A DNA stretch of 64,000 bases from Escherichia phage AV125, in the sequence record OR352955.1. The stretch is one strand, 5' to 3'. How positions within the stretch are numbered: position 1 is the stretch's first letter; each line of letters opens with the position of its first letter. This document shows positions 20,573 through 29,705 of this stretch, in pieces. Made by a program: the position numbers and the translations under genes. The notes below the pieces were generated by a model. That model had not been told where the DNA came from. It did not search any database and saw only the letters and a list, made by a program, of their open reading frames with translations.

Positions 20573-22726
20573 ATGAAACAAGCTATATTTACTGTCACGC
20601 GAGACAAGAGAGTAAATGCGAGTTCATTTAACTACACGACTGTTGACGGAACAGCAGTCGCTGGTAGAGATTATATAGCAAAATCGGGAACACTTGTGTT
20701 CCCTGATGATGCTGATTCTGCTACCATTGTGGTTGAAGTATTTGAACGACCAAAGAACTCAATAGATCTTAACTTCTCCCTCCAAGTTTCAGGGATTAGT
20801 CAAAATAACATGATGGTTGAAACGACCATCAATTGTATTATAACTACTATCCAAGAAAACACTACTCCAATAACTTGGACTACAAAAGACGTTAAAATGT
20901 TCTCTCCTATGTATTGGACAATAGACTCTCAAGCAACGGAAAGTTGTTCTATTGTATCTCATGGAGACTCTTTTACTGCAAGATTTGTAAACAGAACAGC
21001 AGCAGGTTTGGCAGGGGTTATCTGGAGCACAGTTGACAAATATGATCACAAAGGTGTTGGGTATTTACCCCACACAGATTTAAGTTCAGAGAAACTTTGG
21101 TTTAAAATGGAAATTAGTCAAAACATGCCAGGTTTTAAAGAAGAACCTTTGGTGCCGACTTTGACTGTAACTCTCCTGGATAAAAGTGTTCATTATGTCA
21201 GTTTAGGATTCTACGCTTCAGATATTTCAGAAGATGGTAAAACAGCCACAATCAAGTTAGATTTTGGTAATATCTTTTCTGGCCCTAATAATGATATTCC
21301 TTTGGATATGAGTGCTGTAGATAATATTTTCTTCTCTTTGATTACAGCAAGGTATGAAGAAATAGAAGAGATTGTACCTATTGCCAGTCAAGAGGCTTGG
21401 TTTACTTTCACTCTTCTTGAACCTACTTCTGGTTACAGTATGATGAAAGTCAGCAACCTTGTTCAGCCTGAACATGATATTCGCATGTGCACATCTTATG
21501 ATGATATGTATAACCTGACTCCAGAGAGAGTTATTTATAATACGTATGCACTAGGTTATCGTGGAATGATTAACCATTACAACGGAATGTCTCACTATTA
21601 TGAGTTCTCATGGAACGGAACATCTTGGGCTTTAAATAGATCTGTTTTCCTGAATCCGGCTACAGAAGCTTGGCTTAACAGTTTCCATTCTATAGCTAAT
21701 GAAAATGGCTACACAATAATGAACTCTTTGAGTTTTGAGTTGATGAGCACAGTTTGTCCTGTAGAATGGGTTCAACATGATTGGAACGATGCTCTTGCAG
21801 CAACAGGTTATGAGCCGCCTAGTTATGTGTTATCTCCAACAATTGATGAAGGTATGGAATATTTGCAAAATGTTATTAACAAAATAGCATCTATTTCTCA
21901 AGCTAACAATATTCCAGTCGTCATTCAAATTGGTGAACCTTGGTGGTGGTATAATACAGCAAGTAAAATGCCTTGCATATACGATTACACTACCAAACTG
22001 GCATTCAACACAGAAACTGGCTTATTTGCACAAGATGCAGGAACAATAGATAATTATAAAACAGGAACGCCGTTTGACGAATACTATGCGTTTTTGTCTC
22101 GTAAACTAGGATTAAGAGTTACAAAGTTTGCAACAGATACTAGAGCAACTTACCCAGGAGCTAAAGTAACATTGCTTCCGTTCTTACCATCGATTATCGG
22201 CAACGGTTTGATGGAGAAAGTTAACTTTCCGTCTGATTACTACATTCCTGAAACTTTTGATTTTTACTGTTCAGAGTGTTACGACTGGCTTCTGGAAGGT
22301 AAAATGATGAAAGCATTCGATGCAATTACCATACCACGTGAAAAATTAGGTTTTGAATATTCTGATATTCACTATCTTTCAGGTTTTGTTCCAGATGCTA
22401 CTCTTGCGCCTTTGTATGGCTTCGATCCTGAATCAAACTACCGCACGTATCTTTGGAAAATGATTATAGGTAATATAGTGTTGAACGCCAATAAGTTCAA
22501 TGGGCTTACACAATATATATGGGCCTATCCTCAAATAATGCATGATTCCATCACGGTAGTTAATTCTCAATCCCAAGTTTTCTATATGGGTAACGTGCCT
22601 TTGAACGTTTATTTACAGGATATCACGCTTAAACAGGTAAATGTTGAGATTGCCACCATAAGTGGAATTACATTAGCCACTAAATCTGGAGAAGATTTAG
22701 TAACAACACAAAAATTTTATATATAG
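20573..22726 (+). CDS. Tail-associated protein with N-terminal Calx-beta-like domain
   Basis: N-terminus FTVTRDKRVNASSFNYTTVDGTAVAGRDYIAKSGTLVF matches the Calx-beta pattern (R, DG, TA.AG.DY, G.L.F); 717 aa, in the tail cluster. Confidence 0.35.
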   Translation: MKQAIFTVTRDKRVNASSFNYTTVDGTAVAGRDYIAKSGTLVFPDDADSATIVVEVFERPKNSIDLNFSLQVSGISQNNMMVETTINCIITTIQENTTPITWTTKDVKMFSPMYWTIDSQATESCSIVSHGDSFTARFVNRTAAGLAGVIWSTVDKYDHKGVGYLPHTDLSSEKLWFKMEISQNMPGFKEEPLVPTLTVTLLDKSVHYVSLGFYASDISEDGKTATIKLDFGNIFSGPNNDIPLDMSAVDNIFFSLITARYEEIEEIVPIASQEAWFTFTLLEPTSGYSMMKVSNLVQPEHDIRMCTSYDDMYNLTPERVIYNTYALGYRGMINHYNGMSHYYEFSWNGTSWALNRSVFLNPATEAWLNSFHSIANENGYTIMNSLSFELMSTVCPVEWVQHDWNDALAATGYEPPSYVLSPTIDEGMEYLQNVINKIASISQANNIPVVIQIGEPWWWYNTASKMPCIYDYTTKLAFNTETGLFAQDAGTIDNYKTGTPFDEYYAFLSRKLGLRVTKFATDTRATYPGAKVTLLPFLPSIIGNGLMEKVNFPSDYYIPETFDFYCSECYDWLLEGKMMKAFDAITIPREKLGFEYSDIHYLSGFVPDATLAPLYGFDPESNYRTYLWKMIIGNIVLNANKFNGLTQYIWAYPQIMHDSITVVNSQSQVFYMGNVPLNVYLQDITLKQVNVEIATISGITLATKSGEDLVTTQKFYI

Positions 22727-22734
22727 GAGTAAAA

Positions 22735-24930
22735 ATGTCAACTACAATTACTAATTTACCCGAAACATCAAAAGTTAATGGTTCTGATTACCTGGTTTTA
22801 GACCAAGCTGACAAGACTGTTAAAAGCACAGTTTCCAACTTTCTTACTGACACTGGGGTGGTTTTAGCCACCCAGTTGAAAGATACAGATGGAGCAGATT
22901 TAATACAATCCTCAAATGGTAATACTGTTCAGGAAGAGTTGAATAACAATCTTCTTAATGATCGTGAACTATGGCGTCGTAGTCTTGCTGAGGCAGGGTT
23001 AACTCTTGTCAACGGTAGCTTTGAAGATGGCGCTATATTAAATAATAAGACGGATGCTGTTTGGTATATTGCAGGTGGACAGTGCTATACATGGGGTGGT
23101 GCTTTCCCTAAAGCTGTTCCCGCTGACTCAACCCCTGAAACATCCGGTGGTGTTGGGCCGGGTGCGTGGGTTTTGGTGAACGCCACCACCCAGCTACCTT
23201 ATGTCACCCCTGAAATTTATGGTGCAAAGGGTGATGGCGTAACTGACGACTTGACCGCGATACAAGCGGCATTAGATTCAGGTAAAGATGTAATTTTTTC
23301 TAAAAAATATACAGTATCAGCCCGTTTAACTTTGAAAACTAATAACCAGACTCTACAATTTATTAATGGGTCTTCTTTGATGTGCAATGTACCGACAGTT
23401 ACCTTGCTGTATGGTTCTGGTGTTACAGGTGTCAAAATCTTTAATGCTCGTCTTGCCTCCAGTTCAGGTTCTACCAACACATATAATGGTTCTTGTGTTT
23501 GGTTAGATACATGCTCATATTGTTGCATTGAAGATTGTGTGTTTTCTAACTATAAAGCCTCGGCGGTATTTCTAAATAACTCAAGTTATTGTAATGTTGT
23601 GAGATGCACATTTTTGGGATCTCCGGGGGCTGCTGGTGACGTGACTATGTGGCGTTCCAATGTGGGGCACTTGATTTCTGATAACAATATGGTTTCTGGT
23701 TCAGATACTGCTATTGTTTTGCAAACAATTGATGATGGGGACCATTCTAATGCCAACAGAATAGTTAACAATACTATTGAAAATTGTACGCGGTATGGTA
23801 TAGTCGTTTATAACAATCTGGAAACAAAGACAGGGACACTCACCAATACATTGGTACAAGGGAACACCATTAAGAATATTTATGGTAATGTTCTTAATAC
23901 CACAACCCAAACATATACTTACGGATCAGGGATATACATTTTGTCTGCCGAAGGTATCAAAGTGATTGGGAATACCATAGATCTCACAAATCAAAACACC
24001 GATTCTACGACACTTTCACCAGCGTGTATTGGTGTGAACGCAACATCTGAAGCCATTATTTCCAATAATATAATTTCTCGTGGGGCTTATTATGGGATTA
24101 TGATTTCAGATGCACTACAGCAGGGGGTAGGGACTAACGCCAATTCTGAATCATTTAAACCAAATTCTACTGTCGTTGTTGCTAACAATATTATTAAAGC
24201 ATGTTCCCGTAGCGGGTTGTATATCTTTAATCATCATAATGTTAAATGTGTGGGTAATATCACTATTTCCAACACACAAAATGGGGTTCTCACAGGTGCT
24301 GATAATGCGTTATATCCAACTTTAAACAATATTGAAATTCTTTCGCACACTTCCAGAGAAAATACTATGGCTGGTCTGTCAATAACAAAATGTGATACCC
24401 CTACGATTGATGTATCAGAATGTAAGGATAATTCGGGAGATGGAATCTATTGTTCTTCAATAAATGCTGTTATCAAAGTGGGGAGCGTAATTCGGAACAA
24501 CAGAGGGATCGTGATTGCAGCTTCCGGTTGTTCAATAATGGGCGGTAGAGTCACAGGGAATACTACAGGAATATTATCTACTCTTAGTTATAAGTTGATT
24601 TCTGCTTATGTAGCTGGTAATACTACAGATTATTCTGGGGATTTCGGTCCAATTTTGTCCTACAAAGGTAACTCTACACCATCAGTCAAAGACAGAGATA
24701 CGATCATCCTGAGCGATGCCACTACCATAACCGATTTCACTGATGGTGTGTTGGGCCAGACAATTAAGATTAGGGCCACAGTTAATGGAACGGTTATTTC
24801 TCATAATTCATCCGGTATACGTCTTAAAGGGAATACCTCATTCTCTATGCAAGCTGGAGAAACATTGACGTTAACTAAATTTTACACGAACCAATGGGAT
24901 GAAATATCTAGAAAAACCGTAACCGAATAA
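22735..24930 (+). CDS. Tailspike with right-handed parallel beta-helix (pectate-lyase-like)
   Basis: N-terminal anchor motif SDYLVLDQADKTVKSTV; motif FPKAVPADSTPETSGGVGPGAWV; repeated N/G-x-I-x-N beta-helix rungs (NNTIENCTRYGIVVYNN, GNTIKNIYGN, SNNIISRGAYYGIMISD). Confidence 0.5.
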   Translation: MSTTITNLPETSKVNGSDYLVLDQADKTVKSTVSNFLTDTGVVLATQLKDTDGADLIQSSNGNTVQEELNNNLLNDRELWRRSLAEAGLTLVNGSFEDGAILNNKTDAVWYIAGGQCYTWGGAFPKAVPADSTPETSGGVGPGAWVLVNATTQLPYVTPEIYGAKGDGVTDDLTAIQAALDSGKDVIFSKKYTVSARLTLKTNNQTLQFINGSSLMCNVPTVTLLYGSGVTGVKIFNARLASSSGSTNTYNGSCVWLDTCSYCCIEDCVFSNYKASAVFLNNSSYCNVVRCTFLGSPGAAGDVTMWRSNVGHLISDNNMVSGSDTAIVLQTIDDGDHSNANRIVNNTIENCTRYGIVVYNNLETKTGTLTNTLVQGNTIKNIYGNVLNTTTQTYTYGSGIYILSAEGIKVIGNTIDLTNQNTDSTTLSPACIGVNATSEAIISNNIISRGAYYGIMISDALQQGVGTNANSESFKPNSTVVVANNIIKACSRSGLYIFNHHNVKCVGNITISNTQNGVLTGADNALYPTLNNIEILSHTSRENTMAGLSITKCDTPTIDVSECKDNSGDGIYCSSINAVIKVGSVIRNNRGIVIAASGCSIMGGRVTGNTTGILSTLSYKLISAYVAGNTTDYSGDFGPILSYKGNSTPSVKDRDTIILSDATTITDFTDGVLGQTIKIRATVNGTVISHNSSGIRLKGNTSFSMQAGETLTLTKFYTNQWDEISRKTVTE

Positions 24931-25018
24931 ATATTGATCAATAGGGGTTAAGTGCTCCTCTTCTTTTGATGCTATTTATCAAAACAGAGTATCATCACAC
25001 CGCAATGTTTCAAAAACA

Positions 25019-25047
25019 TTGACAACTTTGTGTGCACAAGTTATAAT
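25019..25047 (+). promoter_or_regulatory. Consensus sigma70 promoter (TTGACA-17-TATAAT) with palindrome across the -10
   Basis: Perfect -35 and -10 hexamers with 17-nt spacing; inverted repeat TGTGTGCA (25029-25036) / TGCACACA (25047-25054) brackets the -10 element. Confidence 0.65.
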
Positions 25048-25188
25048 GCACACACGTTAATAGATGGTTTGTGTGGCTTGCCGCACTTTACGACACAACA
25101 AGAACAAGCGACTGAGTATCATCACCCTGAAGGGGAAATCATCTCCTTCAGGTGGTGTTCAGTGCATAACGTATAAAAGGAAAAGTAA

Positions 25189-25326
25189 ATGTTAAATTAC
25201 ACCACTAGTCGCCCAACAGTAGCTATCTCAGATCTTGATAGCACTGGGGTTGTAACTTTATCAAACGATCTTGTCGTGGATCAACCTGATGCCACGAGAA
25301 AGGCCTCTTTAGCCTCTGTTCTGTAG
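25189..25326 (+). CDS. 45-aa ORF resembling a tail fiber N-terminal anchor module
   Basis: ATG at 25189 after AAAGGAAAAG; translation MLNYTTSRPTVAISDLDSTGVVTLSNDLVVDQPDATRKASLASVL shares the D-x-LVxDQxxxTxK motif with ORFs 17215 and 22735; not in the track because it is under 60 aa. Confidence 0.3.
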   Translation: MLNYTTSRPTVAISDLDSTGVVTLSNDLVVDQPDATRKASLASVL

Positions 25327-25378
25327 ACCTTGGGGAATTAGCTGTATATCGTGATTTAAAAAGTAATGAGAACGCACC

Positions 25379-25621
25379 ATGAGAAAGTTTTTAATCGGAA
25401 TGTTTTGTACTTATCCAAACAACAAAATCAGTTCTACTAAAGTGTGGAACGCACTGGGAATGCTAACCATGACAGGCATGTTTATCTTTTTAGGAATAGA
25501 AAAAGAAATTCCTGAATGGATGGGTTGGGCTTTTGTTTTCATGATAACTCCTTCTCGCCTCATGAAAAATCTTATTGATTTACGCTGGGGCAGATCACAA
25601 TCTACCAAAGAGGATGAATAA
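25379..25621 (+). CDS. Small membrane protein (two predicted TM helices)
   Basis: 80-aa ORF with two hydrophobic segments (LIGMFCTY...; MTGMFIFLGI...WMGWAFVFMI). Confidence 0.3.
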   Translation: MRKFLIGMFCTYPNNKISSTKVWNALGMLTMTGMFIFLGIEKEIPEWMGWAFVFMITPSRLMKNLIDLRWGRSQSTKEDE

Positions 25622-27108
25622 TGGACGAATATGGTTTGACAGATGCGGGATTTGTAATCCCGACTTTTGACGATGTTTTAAACAACTACATGACAGCAGT
25701 AAAAAACACATTTGGTGCAGATGCAGCCACTTCGGAAGATACTGTGATCGGACAACTGTTTAGAATAATTGCATACACAGATTACACATTGTGGGAAGGT
25801 ATGCAAGGGGTTTATAATACTCAAACACTGGATGGTGCAGAAGGTATTTATCTTGATGAAATCTTTTCTAAACGCGGTTTCTATCGAGCAGGTGCAGCAG
25901 CAAGTACAGGTTATGCATATGTTAAGAGTAATAACAAAGCAGCTTGGACTTATGAGCTAGGCACGGATATTTACTTCAACTCTGACAGTGATATGAACTA
26001 CTATGTTAGCACACCAACTATGTTGAATGCTAAGATTGCAGCTTATCAAATCTCTCGTGCTAATGCAACTGCTACAGGTGTTCCAAATATTACTTTTTAT
26101 GCACAAAGTGCGGTGGATGGAGGACTAAACAGTAAAACACTTGCACCTGGTTCTTCTACATTTATAACCGATCTTGAAACTTTTATCAAGGCGAATTTAA
26201 CAGAAGCTGATCGTAGTCTTGTATTTTCTGATTCAGGTAACTTATCAATTGGTTTTACTTCTTTAACCAGTGATACTCCAGTGGGGCTGGTAACTCCTAT
26301 TAAATTTTATGCTAGTGTTCCGGTTGGAACCAAGTGGAGTGAGATTCCGGTAGTTGCAGCAGAGAAAGGATACAATCCTGTTGGTGTGGAGTCTATTACA
26401 GGGATATCTTCTACCTTTACAGGTTATCTTGATAGTGGTAACTTCTATTCATTTTCCCCTGGTCGAGATGTTGAGACAGACGCAGAATTCCGCTCTCGTT
26501 TCAATGACAACGTTGACGAAGCTAACGCAGGGACACGAGCAGCTATTGTGAAAGCTCTGCTACTTACAGATGGTGTTACTAAGGTGAAGATTTATGATAA
26601 CCCTACATTACATGATCAAGAACATGCTCCAGCTATGACTTTCCAGACTATAGTTTATGGTGGCAGTGCAGAAGAAATTGCAAATGTTATCTATAAAACC
26701 AAACCAATCAACACTTTGACACACGGAACAACAAACATAACAGTTACAACAGAAGATGGAGGACAAGAAATTATTCGCTTCTCTCCTGGTGCTTCTGCTA
26801 TGTATTCCGTAAAACTTGTTTATCAAACTGTCAACGGAACAACTTTAAGTGGAACAGAAAAACAAAACATCGTAGAAGCTTTACAAAACCTGCAAGCTTA
26901 CTTTGAGTTAGGTTCTTCAGTAACGAACGATCAAATCAAAGGTGTTATTTATGCAGCACTTGCTTTTGGACGCTTGACTTCTCTTCGTGTTTATGTTAAA
27001 CTTAATACTGAGGATGACAGTAAATATACAGAGAATAATATAGTTCCTGCTTATAATGTTGTCCCTTCTTTTGACCTTGATAACATTTCTTACGAGTATG
27101 GAGTGTAA
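25621..27108 (+). CDS. Baseplate J-like protein
   Basis: N-terminus (GLTDAGFVIPTFDDVLNNYMTAVKNTFGADAATSEDTVIGQLFRIIAY) resembles baseplate J-family N-termini; 495 aa; followed by an I-like gene and a tail fiber. Confidence 0.45.
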   Translation: MDEYGLTDAGFVIPTFDDVLNNYMTAVKNTFGADAATSEDTVIGQLFRIIAYTDYTLWEGMQGVYNTQTLDGAEGIYLDEIFSKRGFYRAGAAASTGYAYVKSNNKAAWTYELGTDIYFNSDSDMNYYVSTPTMLNAKIAAYQISRANATATGVPNITFYAQSAVDGGLNSKTLAPGSSTFITDLETFIKANLTEADRSLVFSDSGNLSIGFTSLTSDTPVGLVTPIKFYASVPVGTKWSEIPVVAAEKGYNPVGVESITGISSTFTGYLDSGNFYSFSPGRDVETDAEFRSRFNDNVDEANAGTRAAIVKALLLTDGVTKVKIYDNPTLHDQEHAPAMTFQTIVYGGSAEEIANVIYKTKPINTLTHGTTNITVTTEDGGQEIIRFSPGASAMYSVKLVYQTVNGTTLSGTEKQNIVEALQNLQAYFELGSSVTNDQIKGVIYAALAFGRLTSLRVYVKLNTEDDSKYTENNIVPAYNVVPSFDLDNISYEYGV

Positions 27109-27110
27109 AA

Positions 27111-27740
27111 ATGGCAGTGAGTGTTGACCATGTAACAACTTGGGCCAGTATCAATGAAGATGTTAAAAACCTTCTGATTGAAGATTTTAAATCTTCTCCT
27201 AACATTGTCAAGCTCCTCTACATCGTATCCAGTGAAAAGCAAAAGATAGATCAGGCAATGATCTATCTTGCTAAACACCGCTTGATCTCTACAGCCACAG
27301 GCAAATACCTAGATATTCTAGGGGAAGAAATGGGGATCGAACGTAATGGCTCTGATGATGAAGAGTATAGAACAATATTAAAAATCAGGGCTTACCGCGT
27401 AGCCTCATCGGGGACTCGTGGTGACATAATTGATATCTTCGCCCGTTTCACAGGAACAGAGCGTGAAACGCTTAATACTTACGTAGGTTTGAATAAAACC
27501 TTTGATGTGTTTTTCTACAACCTGTGTCTTCAATCTGATCAAGCTTTAGAGCAGTTGCTAAGTGTTTTCCCTATTATTAGTAGCTACCGTCTTGGAGCAA
27601 AAGCAGGATCAGCTTTTGGTTTTAGTTCTTATTATGCTACCAAACCGCCTCATGGTATTGGTGGTTTAGGTTCCCTGTACATGGAATCTACTGGGGATGA
27701 AACAGGACGCATGTGTACGCTTCTCAAGCAAATAGATTAA
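27111..27740 (+). CDS. Baseplate/tail protein I-like
   Basis: 209-aa ORF between the J-like and tail fiber genes, the conserved J-I-H order. Confidence 0.35.
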   Translation: MAVSVDHVTTWASINEDVKNLLIEDFKSSPNIVKLLYIVSSEKQKIDQAMIYLAKHRLISTATGKYLDILGEEMGIERNGSDDEEYRTILKIRAYRVASSGTRGDIIDIFARFTGTERETLNTYVGLNKTFDVFFYNLCLQSDQALEQLLSVFPIISSYRLGAKAGSAFGFSSYYATKPPHGIGGLGSLYMESTGDETGRMCTLLKQID

Positions 27741-27749
27741 GGAGTTTAA

Positions 27750-28811
27750 ATGGCGAAGCCAATATATTATCCTGACTGGGCTACACAAACTGTAACGCTC
27801 CCAGGAACTTTAAACACAAACAAAATTAGACCTAAAGAAACCATCCGCACAATTGGTATGGATTATGGTCAAATCATGACTTGCGAAGAAATGAACTGGA
27901 TTCTTAATAATATCGGTTTATGGATTCGCTATTTGGTGGATGACTTTCTTCCAACTTTACCTAATACCTACTTGCCTTTAGTGGGAACTAAGATTACAAT
28001 GGCAGGTGATGCTACTGGTGAGGCTACTTGGAACGGTAACAAAGAAGTTACTTTATCTATCCAGGTTCAAGATAACAGTCATAATCACTTGTCGGCAAAC
28101 ATTACAGATGCCACTAGTTCAACAGTAACACCAAACGTGTTGGTAAAACGTGATGCGGGTGGTGCTATTTATGGTGGCGATGTTTATGTTAACGGTACTT
28201 CCACAACAGATCCTGCAACACTGTTCTTCAAAAACTTTGCAGGACAAACAAATGGTGAGATTTCTGCCGAGTATCAAAGCGGAGGTCAGCTTTATATTTA
28301 TCGTAGAAATCCTAGCACAGGTAGTGTATCGGCAGGTGTTCGTTTATATGATGCAGGTTATGTTCTAATAGATAATCCAAGATCAAACAGTGGACAAGAT
28401 ACTTCTAACGGAAATGCTTTAGTTCGTTTAGATTATCTGAACTCTCGTTTGACTTCCCTTCAGAACACATTGCAGACGAATATTAACACTGTTCAAAACA
28501 ACTTGAATAATGTTAACAACAACCTCTCTTCTCGTATAAACAATGTAGAAAGTAATCATCAAAGTCAGATTACAAATAACTACAACTATGCTAACGGAAC
28601 CTTTGTAAGAGATATTCGTTATACTAGCCAAGGTGTGTATTATCCACCAGGGAACGAGGTTTCTTGGACTTATATCTGTTCTTCTGGTTATGTTCTTTCT
28701 GGTATTATCGTACAGGAAACAGGACGTAGCTCTGCGGATAACATCGGTGGGGTTTACTTCAAACGCCTCCAGCGCAACGTTAACGGAAACTGGTACGATA
28801 TTGGAGGCTAA
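27750..28811 (+). CDS. Tail fiber protein
   Basis: 353-aa Gly/Asn/Thr/Ser-rich ORF with an N/Q/L-rich helical stretch (LQNTLQTNINTVQNNLNNVNNNLSSRINNVESN) typical of fiber shafts; followed by a chaperone-sized gene. Confidence 0.5.
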   Translation: MAKPIYYPDWATQTVTLPGTLNTNKIRPKETIRTIGMDYGQIMTCEEMNWILNNIGLWIRYLVDDFLPTLPNTYLPLVGTKITMAGDATGEATWNGNKEVTLSIQVQDNSHNHLSANITDATSSTVTPNVLVKRDAGGAIYGGDVYVNGTSTTDPATLFFKNFAGQTNGEISAEYQSGGQLYIYRRNPSTGSVSAGVRLYDAGYVLIDNPRSNSGQDTSNGNALVRLDYLNSRLTSLQNTLQTNINTVQNNLNNVNNNLSSRINNVESNHQSQITNNYNYANGTFVRDIRYTSQGVYYPPGNEVSWTYICSSGYVLSGIIVQETGRSSADNIGGVYFKRLQRNVNGNWYDIGG

Positions 28812-29357
28812 ATGATATTTACAAACTTTAAAAAATATATTCCTGAAGATCCTGAACTAAAAGAATTGGTAGAAGCAGAGAACATTCTTTTTCTTCGTTG
28901 CGATCAAGGTTACGATTGGTATTATTTACGTAGCACAGAATTCAATAACGATAAAATGAAAGTCGTTTTTGATGATCAAAATCGTATTGTGTTTTGGAAT
29001 ACTGATCCTACCCTACTTTGCCCTGAAGATCTTTCTATAGCACAAGTAGACTTTAATATAGATACTTTTGAGGATATTAGAAACAAGGTTCTGGATTTAG
29101 AAACCTTAACTCTTAAAGATAAAGAGTATTCCCGTGAAGAGTTGATGACACAAGCTAGTGCAAAAATTCGCTCTTTACAAGAAACAGCAGTAGCACTTAT
29201 AACACCTTTACAGTATGCTAAAGATTTAGAAATGGCTACTGAAGACGAATTAGCTTATCTTAAAAATCTTCAAGTTTATGTAGTTAAACTAAATCGTGTT
29301 CCGCTTCAAAAAGACTATCCTTACGCTATAGATTGGCCTACATTACCGACAGAATAA
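28812..29357 (+). CDS. Tail fiber assembly protein (putative)
   Basis: 181-aa ORF immediately downstream of and coupled to the tail fiber gene (ATG overlaps the upstream stop). Confidence 0.4.
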   Translation: MIFTNFKKYIPEDPELKELVEAENILFLRCDQGYDWYYLRSTEFNNDKMKVVFDDQNRIVFWNTDPTLLCPEDLSIAQVDFNIDTFEDIRNKVLDLETLTLKDKEYSREELMTQASAKIRSLQETAVALITPLQYAKDLEMATEDELAYLKNLQVYVVKLNRVPLQKDYPYAIDWPTLPTE

Positions 29358-29366
29358 GGGATCACT

Positions 29367-29702
29367 ATGGAATTTCAAGAAGCATGGGGACTTGCAAAGG
29401 ATGCAATAATCCCTTTAATAGGAGTCATCTGGTTCTTTTTCAAACAAAAAATGGATAAATTCGGCTCTGATCTTGAGGAAATGGAGGAGAAAAGTCGAGA
29501 GCTAGAGAAGAAGTTGGTCTTTGTTGAATCAACTTATGCAACTAAAGCCGAACTTACCCAGATGCTAAATCAAATTAACTCTACATTAATGGCAAATAAT
29601 AACACCCTTGAGCAAAAAATTGAAAAGATTATGGACCTCAAGAATGCGACTATCCAAATGATGCTAGATGACATAGTTAAACGTACACAGAATAAGGGGT
29701 AA
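29367..29702 (+). CDS. Small protein with N-terminal TM helix and coiled coil
   Basis: Hydrophobic segment AIIPLIGVIWFFF followed by a charged helical region. Confidence 0.3.
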   Translation: MEFQEAWGLAKDAIIPLIGVIWFFFKQKMDKFGSDLEEMEEKSRELEKKLVFVESTYATKAELTQMLNQINSTLMANNNTLEQKIEKIMDLKNATIQMMLDDIVKRTQNKG

Positions 29703-29705
29703 TTA

